From the human T2T-CHM13v2.0 reference genome, Homo sapiens, in NCBI RefSeq assembly GCF_009914755.1, contig NC_060925.1: 64,000 bases of DNA. One strand, given 5' to 3'. Positions 39,235 through 53,100 of the stretch are shown here, in pieces. Both the position numbers and the translations under genes were made by a program. How positions within the stretch are numbered: the first letter of the stretch is position 1; each line of letters starts with the position of its first letter. A model generated the notes under the pieces. That model was not told where the DNA came from, searched no databases, and worked only from the letters and a program-made list of their open reading frames with translations.

Positions 39235-41954
39235 GTGTGTATTCAACTGACAGAGTTGAACTTTCATTTAGAGAGAGCAGATTTGAAACACTGTTTTTGT
39301 GGAATTTGCAAGTGGAGATTTCAAGCGCTTTGGGGCCAAAGGCACAAAAGGAAATATCTTCGTATAAAAACTAGACAGAATCATTCTCAGAAACTGCTGC
39401 GTGATGTGTGCGTTCAACTCTCAGAGTTTAACTTTTCTTTTCATTCAGCGGTTTGGAAACACTCTGTTTGTAAAGTCTGCACGTGGAAATTTTGACCACT
39501 TAGAGGCCTTCGTTGGAAACGGGTTTTTTTCATGTAAGGCTAGACAGAAGAATTCCCAGTAACTTCCTTGTGTTGTGTGCATTCAACTCACAGAGTTGAA
39601 CGTTCCCTTAGACAGAGCAGATTTGAAACACTCTATTTGTGCAATTTGCAAGTGTAGATTTCAAGCGCTTTAAGGTCAATGGCAGAAAAGGAAATATCTT
39701 CGTTTCAAAACTAGACAGAATCATTCCCACAAACTGCGTTGTGATGTGTTCGTTCAACTCACAGAGTTTAACCTTTCTGTTCATAGAGCAGTTAGGAAAC
39801 ACTCTGTTTGTAAAGTCTGTAAGTGGATATTCTGACATCTTGTGGCCTTCGTTGGAAACGGGATTTCTTCATATTCTGCTAGACAGAAGAATTCTCAGTA
39901 ACTTCCTTGTGTTGTGTGTATTCAACTCACAGAGTTGAACGATCCTTTACACAGAGCAGACTTGAAACACTCTTTTTGTGGAATTTGCAAGTGGAGATTT
40001 CAGCCGCTTTGAGGTCAATGGTAGAAAACGAAACTATCTTCATATAAAGACTAGACAGAATGATTCTAAGAAAATCTTTTGTGATGTGTGCGTTCAACTC
40101 ACAGAGTTTAACTTTTCTTCTCATAGAGCAGTTAGGAAACACTCTGTTTGTAAAGTGTGCAAGTGGATATTCAGACCTCTTTGAGGCCTTCGTTGGAAAA
40201 GGGATTTCTTCATATTATGCTAGACAGAATAATTCTCAGTAACTTCCTTGTGTTGTGTGTATTCAAGTCACAGAGTTGAAGGATCCTTTACAGAGAGCAG
40301 GCTTGAAACACTCTTTTTGTCGAATTTGCAAGTGGAGATTTCAGCCGCTTTGAGGTCAATGGTAGAATAGGAAATATCTTCTTATAGAAACTAGACAGAA
40401 TGATTCTCATAAACTCCTTTGTGATGTGTGCGTTCAACTCACAGAGTTTAACCTTTCTTTTCATAGAGCAGTTAGGAAACACTCTGTTTGTAAAGTCTGC
40501 AAGTGGATATTCAGACCTCCTTGAGGCCTTCGTTGGAAACGGGATTTCTTCATATTCTGCCAGACAGAAGAATTCTCAGTAACTTCCTTGTGTTGTGTTT
40601 ATTCAGCTCACAGAGTTGAATGATCCTTTACACAGAGCAGACTTGAAACTCTCTTTTTGTGGAATTTGCAAGTGGAGATTTCAGCCGCTTTGAGGTCAAT
40701 GGTAGAAAAGTAAATATCTTCGTATAAAGACTAGACAGAATGATTCTCAGAAACTCCTTTGTGATGTGTGCGTTCAACTCACAGAGTTTAACCTTTCTGT
40801 TCATAGAGCAGTTAGGAAACACTCTGTTTGTAAAGTCTGCAAGTGGATATTCAGACCTCCTTGAGGCCTTCGTTGGAAACGGGATTTCTTCATATTCTGC
40901 TAGACAGAAGAATTCTCAGTAACTTCCTTGTGTTGTGTGTATTCAACTCACAGAGTTGAACGATCCTTTACACAGAGCAGACTTGAAACACTCTTTTTGT
41001 GGAATTTGCAAGTGGAGATTTCAGCCGCTTTGAGGTCAATGGTAGAAAAGGAAATATCTTCGTATAAAGACTAGACAGAATGATTCTCAGAAACTCCTTT
41101 GTGATGTGTGCGTTCAACTCACAGAGTTTAACTTTTCTTTTCATAGAGCCGTTAGGAAACACTCTGTTTGTAAAGTCTGCAAGTGGATATTCAGACCTCT
41201 TTGAGGCCTTCGTTGGAAACGGGATTTCTTCATATTCTGCTAGACAGAAGAATTCTCAGTAACTTCCTTGTGTTGTGTGTATTCAACTCACAGAGTTGAA
41301 CGATCCTTTACACAGAGCAGACTTGAAACATTCTTTTTGTGGAATTTGCAAGTGGAGATTTCAGCCGCTTTGAGGTCAATGGTAGAATAGGAAATATCTT
41401 TCCATAGAAACTAGACAGAACGATTCTCAGAAACTCCTTTGTGATGTGTGCGTTCAACTCACAGAGTTTAACCTTTCTTTTCATAGAGCAGTTAGGAAAC
41501 ACTCTGTTTGTAAAGTCTGCAAGTGGATATTCAGACCTCTTTGAGGCCTTCGTTGGAAACGGGATTTCTTCATATTCTGCTAGACAGAAGAATTCTCAGT
41601 AACTTCCTTGTGTTGTGTGTATTCAACTCACAGAGTTGCACGATCCTTTACACAGAGCAGACTTGAAACACTCTTTTTGTGGAATTTGCAAGTGGAGATT
41701 TCAGCCGCTTTGAGGTCAATAGTAGAAAAGGAAATATCTTCGTAGAAAAACTACACAGAATGATTCTCAGAAACTCCTTTGTGATGTGTGTGTTCAACTC
41801 ACAGAGTTTAACCTTTCTTTTCATAGAACAGTTAGTAAACACTCTGTTTATAAAGTCTGCAAGTGGATATTCAGACCCCTTTGAGGCCTTCGTTGGAAAC
41901 GGGATTTCTTCATATTATGCTAGACAGAAGAATTCTCAGTAACTTCCTTGTGTT
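39235..41954 (+). repeat. 16-mer HOR variant (2720 bp)
   Basis: Same dimer order and shared rare SNVs as 12041-14760 (offset 27194). Confidence 0.8.
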
Positions 41955-42973
41955 GTGTGTATTCAACTGACAGAGTTGAACTTTCATTTAGAGAGAGCAG
42001 ATTTGAAACACTGTTTTTGTGGAATTTGCAAGTGGAGATTTCAAGCGCTTTGGGGCCAAAGGCAGAAAAGGAAATATCTTCGTATAAAAACTAGACAGAA
42101 TCATTCTCAGAAACTGCTGCGTGATGTGTGCGTTCAACTCTCAGAGTTTAACTTTTCTTTTCATTCAGCGGTTTGGAAACACTCTGTTTGTAAAGTCTGC
42201 ACGTGGAAATTTTGACCACTTAGAGGCCTTCGTTGGAAACGGGTTTTTTTCATGTAAGGCTAGACAGAAGAATTCCCAGTAACTTCCTTGTGTTGTGTGC
42301 ATTCAACTCACAGAGTTGAACGTTCCCTTAGACAGAGCAGATTTGAAACACTCTATTTGTGCAATTTGCAAGTGTAGATTTCAAGCGCTTTAAGGTCAAC
42401 GGCAGAAAAGGAAATATCTTCGTTTCAAAACTAGACAGAATCATTCCCACAAACTGCGTTGTGATGTGTTCGTTCAACTCACAGAGTTTAACCTTTCTGT
42501 TCATAGAGCAGTTAGGAAACACTCTGTTTGTAAAGTCTGTAAGTGGATATTCTGACATCTTGTGGCCTTCGTTGGAAACGGGATTTCTTCATATTCTGCT
42601 AGACAGAAGAATTCTCAGTAACTTCCTTGTGTTGTGTGTATTCAACTCACGGAGTTGAACGATCTTTTACACAGAGCAGACTTGAAACACTCTTTTTGTG
42701 GAATTTGCAATTGGAGATTTCAGCCGCTTGCAGGTCAATAGTAGAAAAGGAAATATCTTCGTAGAAAAACTAGACAGAATGATTCTCAGAAACTCCTTTG
42801 TGATGTGTGTGTTCACCTCACAGAGTTTAACCTTTCTTTTCATAGAGCAGTTAGTAAACACTCTGTTTATATAGTCTGCAAGTGGATATTCAGACCCCTT
42901 TGAGGCCTTCGTTGGAAACGGGATTTCTTCATATTATGCTAGACAGAAGAATTCTCAGTAACTTCCTTGTTTT
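41955..42973 (+). repeat. Canonical-length 6-mer HOR unit (1019 bp)
   Basis: The marker dimer X (caactgacagagttgaactttcattt...gcgctttggggccaaaggc) recurs at 41955 and 42974 with only dimers Y and W between. Confidence 0.85.
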
Positions 42974-45900
42974 GTGTGTATTCAACTGACAGAGTTGAAC
43001 TTTCATTTGGAGAGAGCAGATTTGAAACACTGTTTTTGTGGAATTTGCAAGTGGAGATTTCAAGCGCTTTGGGGCCAAAGGCAGAAAAGGAAATATCTTC
43101 GTATAAAAACTAGACAGAATCATTCTCAGAAACTGCTGCGTGATGTGTGCGTTCAACTCTCAGAGTTTAACTTTTCTTTTCATTCAGCGGTTTGGAAACA
43201 CTGTGTTTGTAAAGTCTGCACGTGGATATTTTGACCACTTAGAGGCCTTCGTTGGAAACGGGTTTTTTTCATGTAAGGCTAGACAGAAGAATTCCCAGTA
43301 ACTTCCTTGTGTTGTGTGCATTCAACTCACAGAGTTGAACGTTCCCTTAGACAGAGCAGATTTGAAACACTCTATTTGTGCAATTTGCAAGTGTAGATTT
43401 CAAGCGCTTTATGGTCAACGGCAGAAAAGGAAATATCTTCGTTTCAAAACTAGACAGAATCATTCCCACAAACTTCGTAGTGATGTGTTCGTTCAACTCA
43501 CAGAGTTTAACCTTTCTGTTCATAGAGCAGTTAGGAAACACTCTGTTTGTAAAGTCTGTAAGTGGATATTCTGACATCTTGTGGCCTTCGTTGGAAACGG
43601 GATTTCTTCATATTCTGCTAGACAGAAGAATTCTCAGTAACTTCCTTGTGTTGTGTGTATTCAACTCACAGAGTTGAACGATCCTTTACACAGAGCAGAC
43701 TTGAAACACTCTTTTTGTGGAATTTGCAAGTGGAGATTTCAGCCGCTTTGAGGTCAATGGTAGAATAGGAAATATCTTCCTATAGAAACTAGACAGAACG
43801 ATTCTCAGAAACTCCTTTGTGATGTGTGTGTTGAACTCACAGAGTTTAACCTTTCTTTTCATAGAGCAGTTAGGAAACACTCTGTTTGTAAAGTCTGCAA
43901 GTGGATATTCAGACCTCTTTGAGGCCTTCGTTGGAAACGGGATTTCTTCATATTCTGCTAGACAGAAGAATTCTCAGTAACTTCCTTGTGTTGTGTGTAT
44001 TCAACTCACAGAGTTGAACGATCCTTTACACAGAGCAGACTTGAAACACTCTTTTTGTGGAATTTGCAAGTGGAGATTTCAGCCGCTTTGAGGTCAATGG
44101 TAGAAAAGTAAATATCTTCGTATAAAGACTAGACAGAATGATTCTCAGAAACTCCTTTGTGATGTGTGCGTTCAACTCACAGAGTTTAACCTTTCTGTTC
44201 ATAGAGCAGTTAGGAAACACTCTGTTTGTAAAGTCTGCAAGTGGATATTCAGACCTCCTTGAGGCCTTCGTTGGAAACGGGATTTCTTCATATTCTGCTA
44301 GACAGAAGAATTCTCAGTAACTTCCTTGTGTTGTGTGTATTCAACTCACAGAGTTGAACGATCCTTTACACAGAGCAGACTTGAAACACTCTTTTTGTGG
44401 AATTTGCAAGTGGAGATTTCAGCCGCTTTGAGGTCAATGGTAGAAAAGGAAATATCTTCGTATAAAGACTAGACAGAATGATTCTCAGAAACTCCTTTGT
44501 GATGTGTGCGTTCAACTCACAGAGTTTAACTTTTCTTTTCATAGAGCCGTTAGGAAACACTCTGTTTGTAAAGTCTGCAAGTGGATATTCAGACCTCTTT
44601 GAGGCCTTCGTTGGAAACGGGATTTCTTCATATTATGCTAGACAGAAGAATTCTCAGTAACTTCCTTGTGTTGTGTGTATTCAACTCACAGAATTGAACG
44701 ATCCTTTACACAGAGCAGACTTGAAACATTCTTTTTGTGGAATTTGCAAGTGGAGATTTCAGCCGCTTTGAGGTCAATCGTAGAATAGGAAATATCTTCC
44801 TATAGAAACTAGACAGAACGATTCTCAGAAACTCCTTTGTGATGTGTGCGTACAACTCACAGAGTTTAACCTTTCTTTTCATAGAGCAGTTAGGAAACAC
44901 TCTGTTTGTAAAGTCTGCAAGTGGATATTCAGACCTCTTTGAGGCCTTCGTTGGAAACGGGATTTCTTCATATTCTGCTAGACAGAAGAATTCTCAGTAA
45001 CTTCCTTGTGTTGTGTGTATTCAACTCACAGAGTTGTACGATCCTTTACACAGAGCAGACTTGAAACACTCTTTTTGTGGAATTTGCAAGTGGAGATTTC
45101 AGCCGCTTTGAGGTCAATAGTAGAAAAGGAAATATCTTCGTAGAAAAACTAGACAGAATGATTCTCAGAAACTCCTTTGTGATGTGTGCGTTCAACTCAC
45201 AGAGTTTAACCTTTCTTTTCATAGAGCAGTTAGGAAACACTCTGTTTGTAAAGTCTGCAAGTGGATATTCAGACCTCTTTGAGGCCTTCGTTGGAAACGG
45301 GATTTCTTCATATTCTGCTAGACAGAATAATTCTCAGTAACTTCCTTGTGTTGTGTGTATTCAACTCACAGAGTTGAAAGATCCTTTACAGAGAGCAGGC
45401 TTGAAACACTCTTTTTGTCGAATTTGCAAGTGGAGATTTCAGCCGCTTTGAGGTCAATGGTAGAATAGGAAATATCTTCTTATAGAAACTAGACAGAATG
45501 ATTCTCATAAACTCCTTTGTGATGTGTGCGTTCAACTCACAGAGTTTAACCTTTCTTTTCATAGAGCAGTTAGGAAACACTCTGTTTGTAAAGTCTGCAA
45601 GTGGATATTCAGACCTCCTTGAGGCCTTCGTTGGAAACGGGATTTCTTCATATTCTGCTAGACAGAAGAATTCTCAGTAACTTCCTTGTGTTGTGTTTAT
45701 TCAACTCACAGAGTTGAATGATCCTTTACACAGAGCAGACTTGAAACACTCTTTTTGTGGAATTTGCAAGTGGAGATTTCAGCCGCTTTGAGGTCAATGG
45801 TAGAAAAGTAAATATCTTCGTATAAAGACTAGACAGAATGATTCTCAGAAACTCCTTTGTGATGTGTGCGTTCAACTCACAGAGTTTAACCTTTCTGTTC

Positions 45901-46372
45901 ATAGAGCAGTTAGGAAACACTCTGTTTGTAAAGTCTGCAAGTGGATATTCAGACCTCCTTGAGGCCTTCGTTGGAAACGGGATTTCTTCATATTCTGCTA
46001 GACAGAAGAATTCTCAGTAACTTCCTTGTGTTGTGTGTATTCAAGTCACAGAGTTGAACGATCCTTTACACAGAGCAGACTTGAAACACTCTTTTTGTGG
46101 AATTTGCAAGTGGAGATTTCAGCCGCTTTCAGGTCAATAGTAGAAAAGGAAATATCTTCGTAGAAAAACTAGACAGAATGATTCTCAGAAACTCCTTTGT
46201 GATGTGTGTGTTCAACTCACAGAGTTTAACCTTTCTTTTCATAGAGCAGTTAGTAAACACTCTGTTTATAAAGTCTGCAAGTGGATATTCAGACCCCTTT
46301 GAGGCCTTCGTTGGAAACGGGATTTCTTCATATTATGCTAGACAGAAGAATTCTCAGTAACTTCCTTGTGTT

Positions 46373-49092
46373 GTGTGTATTCAACTGACAGAGTTGAACT
46401 TTCATTTAGAGAGAGCAGATTTGAAACACTGTTTTTGTGGAATTTGCAAGTGGAGATTTCAAGCGCTTTGGGGCCAAAGGCACAAAAGGAAATATCTTCG
46501 TATAAAAACTAGACAGAATCATTCTCAGAAACTGCTGCGTGATGTGTGCGTTCAACTCTCAGAGTTTAACTTTTCTTTTCATTCAGCGGTTTGGAAACAC
46601 TCTGTTTGTAAAGTCTGCACGTGGAAATTTTGACCACTTAGAGGCCTTCGTTGGAAACGGGTTTTTTTCATGTAAGGCTAGACAGAAGAATTCCCAGTAA
46701 CTTCCTTGTGTTGTGTGCATTCAACTCACAGAGTTGAACGTTCCCTTAGACAGAGCAGATTTGAAACACTCTATTTGTGCAATTTGCAAGTGTAGATTTC
46801 AAGCGCTTTAAGGTCAATGGCAGAAAAGGAAATATCTTCGTTTCAAAACTAGACAGAATCATTCCCAAAAACTGCGTTGTGATGTGTTCGTTCAACTCAC
46901 AGAGTTTAACCTTTCTGTTCATAGAGCAGTTAGGAAACACTCTGTTTGTAAAGTCTGTAAGTGGATATTCTGACATCTTGTGGCCTTCGTTGGAAACGGG
47001 ATTTCTTCATATTCTGCTAGACAGAAGAATTCTCAGTAACTTCCTTGTGTTGTGTGTATTCAACTCACAGAGTTGAACGATCCTTTACACAGAGCAGACT
47101 TGAAACACTCTTTTTGTGGAATTTGCAAGTGGAGATTTCAGCCACTTTGAGGTCAATGGTAGAAAACGAAACTATCTTCATAGAAAGACTAGACAGAATG
47201 ATTCTAAGAAAATCTTTTGTGATGTGTGCGTTCAACTCACAGAGTTTAACTTTTCTTCTCATAGAGCAGTTAGGAAACACTCTGTTTGTAAAGTGTGCAA
47301 GTGGATATTCAGACCTCTTTGAGGCCTTCGTTGGAAAAGGGATTTCTTCATATTATGCTAGACAGAATAATTCTCAGTAACTTCCTTGTGTTGTGTGTAT
47401 TCAACTCAGAGAGTTGAAGGATCCTTTACAGAGAGCAGGCTTGAAACACTCTTTTTGTCGAATTTGCAAGTGGATATTTCAGCCGCTTTGAGGTCAATGG
47501 TAGAATAGGAAATATCTTCTTATAGAAACTAGACAGAATGATTCTCATAAACTCCTTTGTGATGTGTGCGTTCAACTCACAGAGTTTAACCTTTCTTTTC
47601 ATAGAGCAGTTAGGAAACACTCTGTTTGTAAAGTCTGCAAGTGGATATTCAGACCTACTTGAGGCCTTCGTTGGAAACGGGATTTCTTCATATTCTGCTA
47701 GACAGAAGAATTCTCAGTAACTTCCTTGTGTTGTGTTTATTCAACTCACAGAGTTGAATGATCCTTTACACAGAGCAGACTTGAAACTCTCTTTTTGTGG
47801 AATTTGCAAGTGGAGATTTCAGCCGCTTTGAGGTCAATGGTAGAAAAGTAAATATCTTCGTATAAAGACTAGACAGAATGATTCTCAGAAACTCCTTTGT
47901 GATGTGTGCGTTCAACTCACAGAGTTTAACCTTTCTGTTCATAGAGCAGTTAGGAAACACTCTGTTTGTAAAGTCTGCAAGTGGATATTCAGACCTCCTT
48001 GAGGCCTTCGTTGGAAACGGGATTTCTTCATATTCTGCTAGACAGAAGAATTCTCAGTAACTTCCTTCTGTTGTGTGTATTCAACTCACAGAGTTGAACG
48101 ATCCTTTACACAGAGCAGACTTGAAACACTCTTTTTGTGGAATTTGCAAGTGGAGATTTCAGCCGCTTTGAGGTCAATGGTAGAAAAGGAAATATCTTCG
48201 TATAAAGACTAGACAGAATGATTCTCAGAAACTCCTTTGTGATGTGTGCGTTCAACTCACAGAGTTTAACTTTTCTTTTCATAGAGCCGTTAGGAAACAC
48301 TCTGTTTGTAAAGTCTGCAAGTGGATATTCAGACCTCTTTGAGGCCTTCGTTGGAAACGGGATTTCTTCATATTCTGCTAGACAGAAGAATTCTCAGTAA
48401 CTTCCTTGTGTTGTGTGTATTGAACTCACAGAGTTGAACGATCCTTTACACAGAGCAGACTTGAAACATTCTTTTTGTGGAATTTGCAAGTGGAGATTTC
48501 AGCCGCTTTGAGGTCAATGGTAGAATAGGAAATATCTTTCTATAGAAACTAGACAGAACGATTCTCAGAAACTCCTTTGTGATGTGTGCGTTCAACTCAC
48601 AGAGTTTAACCTTTCTTTTCATAGAGCAGTTAGGAAACACTCTGTTTGTAAAGTCTGCAAGTGGATATTCAGACCTCTTTGAGGCCTTCGTTGGAAACGG
48701 GATTTCTTCATATTCTGCTAGACAGAAGAATTCTCAGTAACTTCCTTGTGTTGTGTGTATTCAACTCACAGAGTTGCACGATCCTTTACACAGAGCAGAC
48801 TTGAAACACTCTTTTTGTGGAATTTGCAAGTGGAGATTTCAGCCGCTTTGAGGTCAATAGTAGAAAAGGAAATATCTTCGTAGAAAAACTACACAGAATG
48901 ATTCTCAGAAACTCCTTTGTGATGTGTGTGTTCAACTCACAGAGTTTAACCTTTCTTTTCATAGAACAGTTAGTAAACACTCTGTTTATAAAGTCTGCAA
49001 GTGGATATTCAGACCCATTTGAGGCCTTCGTTGGAAACGGGATTTCTTCATATTATGCTAGACAGAAGAATTCTCAGTAACTTCCTTGTGTT
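46373..49092 (+). repeat. 16-mer HOR variant (2720 bp)
   Basis: Offset 7138 from the 39235 copy; same order and markers. Confidence 0.8.
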
Positions 49093-50111
49093 GTGTGTAT
49101 TCAACTGACAGAGTTGAACTTTCATTTAGAGAGAGCAGATTTGAAACACTGTTTTTGTGGAATTTGCAAGTGGAGATTTCAAGCGCTTTGGGGCCAAAGG
49201 CAGAAAAGGAAATATCTTCGTATAAAAACTAGACAGAATCATTCTCAGAAACTGCTGCGAGATGTGTGCGTTCAACTCTCAGAGTTTAACTTTTCTTTTC
49301 ATTCAGCGGTTTGGAAACACTCTGTTTGTAAAGTCTGCACGTGGATATTTTGACCACTTAGAGGCCTTCGTTGGAAACGGGTTTTTTTCATGTAAGGCTA
49401 GACAGAAGAATTCCCAGTAACTTCCTTGTGTTGTGTGCATTCAACTCACAGAGTTGAACGTTCCCTTAGACAGAGCAGATTTGAAACACTCTATTTGTGC
49501 AATTTGCAAGTGTAGATTTCAAGCGCTTTAAGGTCAACGGCAGAAAAGGAAATATCTTCGTTTCAAAACTAGACAGAATCATTCCCACAAACTGCGTTGT
49601 GATGTGTTCGTTCAACTCACAGAGTTTAACCTTTCTGTTCATAGAGCAGTTAGGAAACACTCTGTTTGTAAAGTCTGTAAGTGGATATTCTGACATCTTG
49701 TGGCCTTCGTTGGAAACGGGATTTCTTCATATTCTGCTAGACAGAAGAATTCTCAGTAACTTCCTTGTGTTGTGTGTATTCAACTCACGGAGTTGAACGA
49801 TCTTTTACACAGAGCAGACTTGAAACACTCTTTTTGTGGAATTTGCAATTGGAGATTTCAGCCGCTTTGAGGTCAATAGTAGAAAAGGAAATATCTTCGT
49901 AGAAAAACTAGACAGAATGATTCTCAGAAACTCCTTTGTGATGTGTGTGTTCACCTCACAGAGTTTAACCTTTCTTTTCATAGAGCAGTTAGTAAACACT
50001 CTGTTTATAAAGTCTGCAAGTGGATATTCAGACCCCTTTGAGGCCTTCGTTGGAAACGGGATTTCTTCATATTATGCTAGACAGAAGAATTCTCAGTAAC
50101 TTCCTTGTGTT
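49093..50111 (+). repeat. Canonical-length 6-mer HOR unit (1019 bp)
   Basis: X-dimer spacing 49093 to 50112. Confidence 0.85.
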
Positions 50112-53100
50112 GTGTGTATTCAACTGACAGAGTTGAACTTTCATTTGGAGAGAGCAGATTTGAAACACTGTTTTTGTGGAATTTGCAAGTGGAGATTTCA
50201 AGCGCTTTGGGGCCAAAGGCAGAAAAGGAAATATCTTCGTATAAAAACTAGACAGAATCATTCTCAGAAACTGCTGCGTGATGTGTGCGTTCAACTCTCA
50301 GAGTTTAACTTTTCTTTTCATTCAGCGGTTTGGAAACACTGTGTTTGTAAAGTCTGCACGTGGATATTTTGACCACTTAGAGGCCTTCGTTGGAAACGGG
50401 TTTTTTTCATGTAAGGCTAGACAGAAGAATTCCCAGTAACTTCCTTGTGTTGTGTGCATTCAACTCACAGAGTTGAACGTTCCCTTAGACAGAGCAGATT
50501 TGAAACACTCTATTTGTGCAATTTGCAAGTGTAGATTTCAAGCGCTTTATGGTCAACGGCAGAAAAGGAAATATCTTCGTTTCAAAACTAGACAGAATCA
50601 TTCCCACAAACTGCGTAGTGATGTGTTCGTTCAACTCACAGAGTTTAACCTTTCTGTTCATAGAGCAGTTAGGAAACACTCTGTTTGTAAAGTCTGCAAG
50701 TGGATATTCAGACCTCTTTGAGGCCTTCGTTGGAAACGGGATTTCTTCATATTCTGCTAGACAGAATAATTCTCAGTAACTTCCTTGTGTTGTGTGTATT
50801 CAACCCACAGAGTTGAAAGATCCTTTACAGAGAGCAGGCTTGAAACACTCTTTTTGTCGAATTTGCAAGTGGAGATTTCAGCCGCTTTGAGGTCAATGGT
50901 AGAATAGGAAATATCTTCCTATAGAAACTAGACAGAATGATTCTCATAAACTCCTTTGTGATGTGTGCGTTCAACTCACAGAGTTTAACCTTTCTTTTCA
51001 TAGAGCAGTTAGGAAACACTCTGTTTGTAAAGTCTGCAAGTGGATATTCAGACCTCCTTGAGGCCTTCGTTGGAAACGGGATTTCTTCATATTCTGCTAG
51101 ACAGAAGAATTCTCAGTAACTTCCTTGTGTTGTGTGTATTCAACTCACAGAGTTGTACGATCCTTTACACAGAGCAGACTTGAAACACTCTTTTTGTGGA
51201 ATTTGCAAGTGGAGATTTCAGCCGCTTTGAGGTCAATAGTAGAAAAGGAAATATCTTCGTAGAAAAACTAGACAGAATGATTCTCAGAAACTCCTTTGTG
51301 ATGTGTGCGTTCAACTCACAGAGTTTAACCTTTCTTTTCATAGAGCAGTTAGGAAACACTCTGTTTGTAAAGTCTGCAAGTGGATATTCAGACCTCTTTG
51401 AGGCCTTCGTTTGAAACGGGATTTCTTCATATTCTGCTAGACAGAATAATTCTCAGTAACTTCCTTGTGTTGTGTGTATTCAACTCACAGAGTTGAAAGA
51501 CCCTTTACAGAGAGCAGGCTTGAAACACTCTTTTTGTCGAATTTGCAAGTGGAGATTTCAGCCGCTTTGAGGTCAATGGTAGAATAGGAAATATCTTCTT
51601 ATAGAAACTAGACAGAATGATTCTCATAAACTCCTTTGTGATGTGTGCGTTCAACTCACAGAGTTTAACCTTTCTTTTCATAGAGCAGTTAGGAAACACT
51701 CTGTTTGTAAAGTCTGCAAGTGGATATTCAGACCTCTTTGAGGCCTTCGTTGGAAACGGGATTTCTTCATATTATGCTAGACAGAATAATTCTCAGTAAC
51801 TTCCTTGTGTTTTGTGTTTTCAACTCACCGAGTTGAAGGATCCTTTACAGAGAGCAGGCTTGAAACACTCTTTTTGTCGAATTTGCAAGTGGAGATTACA
51901 GCCGCTTTGAGGTCAATGGTAGAAAAGGAAATATCTTCGTATAAAGACTAGACAGAATGATTCTCATAAACTCCTTTGTGATGTGTGAGTTCAAATCACA
52001 GAGTTTAACTTTTCTTTTCATAGATCAGTTAGGAAACACTCTGTTTGTAAAGTCTGCAAGTGGATATTCAGACCTCTTTGAGGCCTTCGTTGGAAACGGG
52101 ATTTCTTCATATTATGCTAGACAGAATAATTCTCAGTAACTTCCTTGTGTTGTGTGTATTCAATTCACAGAGTTGAAGGATCCTTTACAGAGAGCAGGCT
52201 TCAAACACTCTTTTTGTCGAATTTGCAAGTGGAGGTTTCAGTCGCTTTGAGGTCAATGGTGGAATAGGAAATATCTTCTTATAGAAACTAGACAGAATGA
52301 TTCTCAGAAACTCCTTTGTGATGTGTGCGTTCAACTCACAGAGTCTAACCTTTCTTTTCGTAGAGCAGTTAGGAAACACTCTGTTTGTAAAGTCTGCAAG
52401 TGGATATTCAGACCTCCTTGAGGCCTTCGTTGGAAACGGGATTTCTTCATATTCTGCTCTACAGAAGAATTCTCAGTAACTTCCTTGTGTTGTGTGTATT
52501 CAACTCACAGAGTTGAATGATCCTTTACACAGAGCAGACTTGAAACACTCTTTTTGTGGAATTTGCAAGTGGAGATTTCAGCCGCTTTGAGGTCAATAGT
52601 AGAAAAGGAAATATCTTCGTAGAAAAACTAGACAGAATGATTCTCAGAAACTCCTTTGTGATGTGTGTGTTCAACTCACAGAGTTTAACCTTTCTTTTCA
52701 TAGAGCAGTTAGTAAACACTCTGTTTATAAAGTCTGCAAGTGGATATTCAGACCCCTTTGAGGCCTTCGTTGGAAACGGGATTTCTTCATATTATGCTAG
52801 ACAGAAGAATTCTCAGTAACTTCCTTGTGTTGTGTGTATTCAACTGACAGAGTTGAACTTTCATTTGGAGAGAGCAGATTTGAAACACTGTTTTTGTGGA
52901 ATTTGCAAGTGGAGATTTCAAGCGCTTTGGGGCCAAAGGCAGAAAAGGAAATATCTTCGTATAAAAACTAGACAGAATCATTCTCGGAAACTGCTGCGTG
53001 ATGTGTGCGTTCAACTCTCAGAGTTTAACTTTTCTTTTCATTCAGCGGTTTGGAAACACTCTGTTTGTAAAGTCTGCACGTGGAAATTTTGACCACTTAG

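Larger units (their letters stand above)
38100..43557 (+). repeat. ~5.4-kb block repeated at ~45240-50695 (offset 7138) and ~55100-60550; its first ~4 kb also at ~10950-15000
   Basis: Constant ORF offsets (38248/45386, 39235/46373, 43314/50452; 11054/38248, 14454/41648). Shared SNVs: gctttcagg, aaaacgaaac, tctaagaaa, ggaaaaggga, gaaactctct, gttgcacga. Confidence 0.87.
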
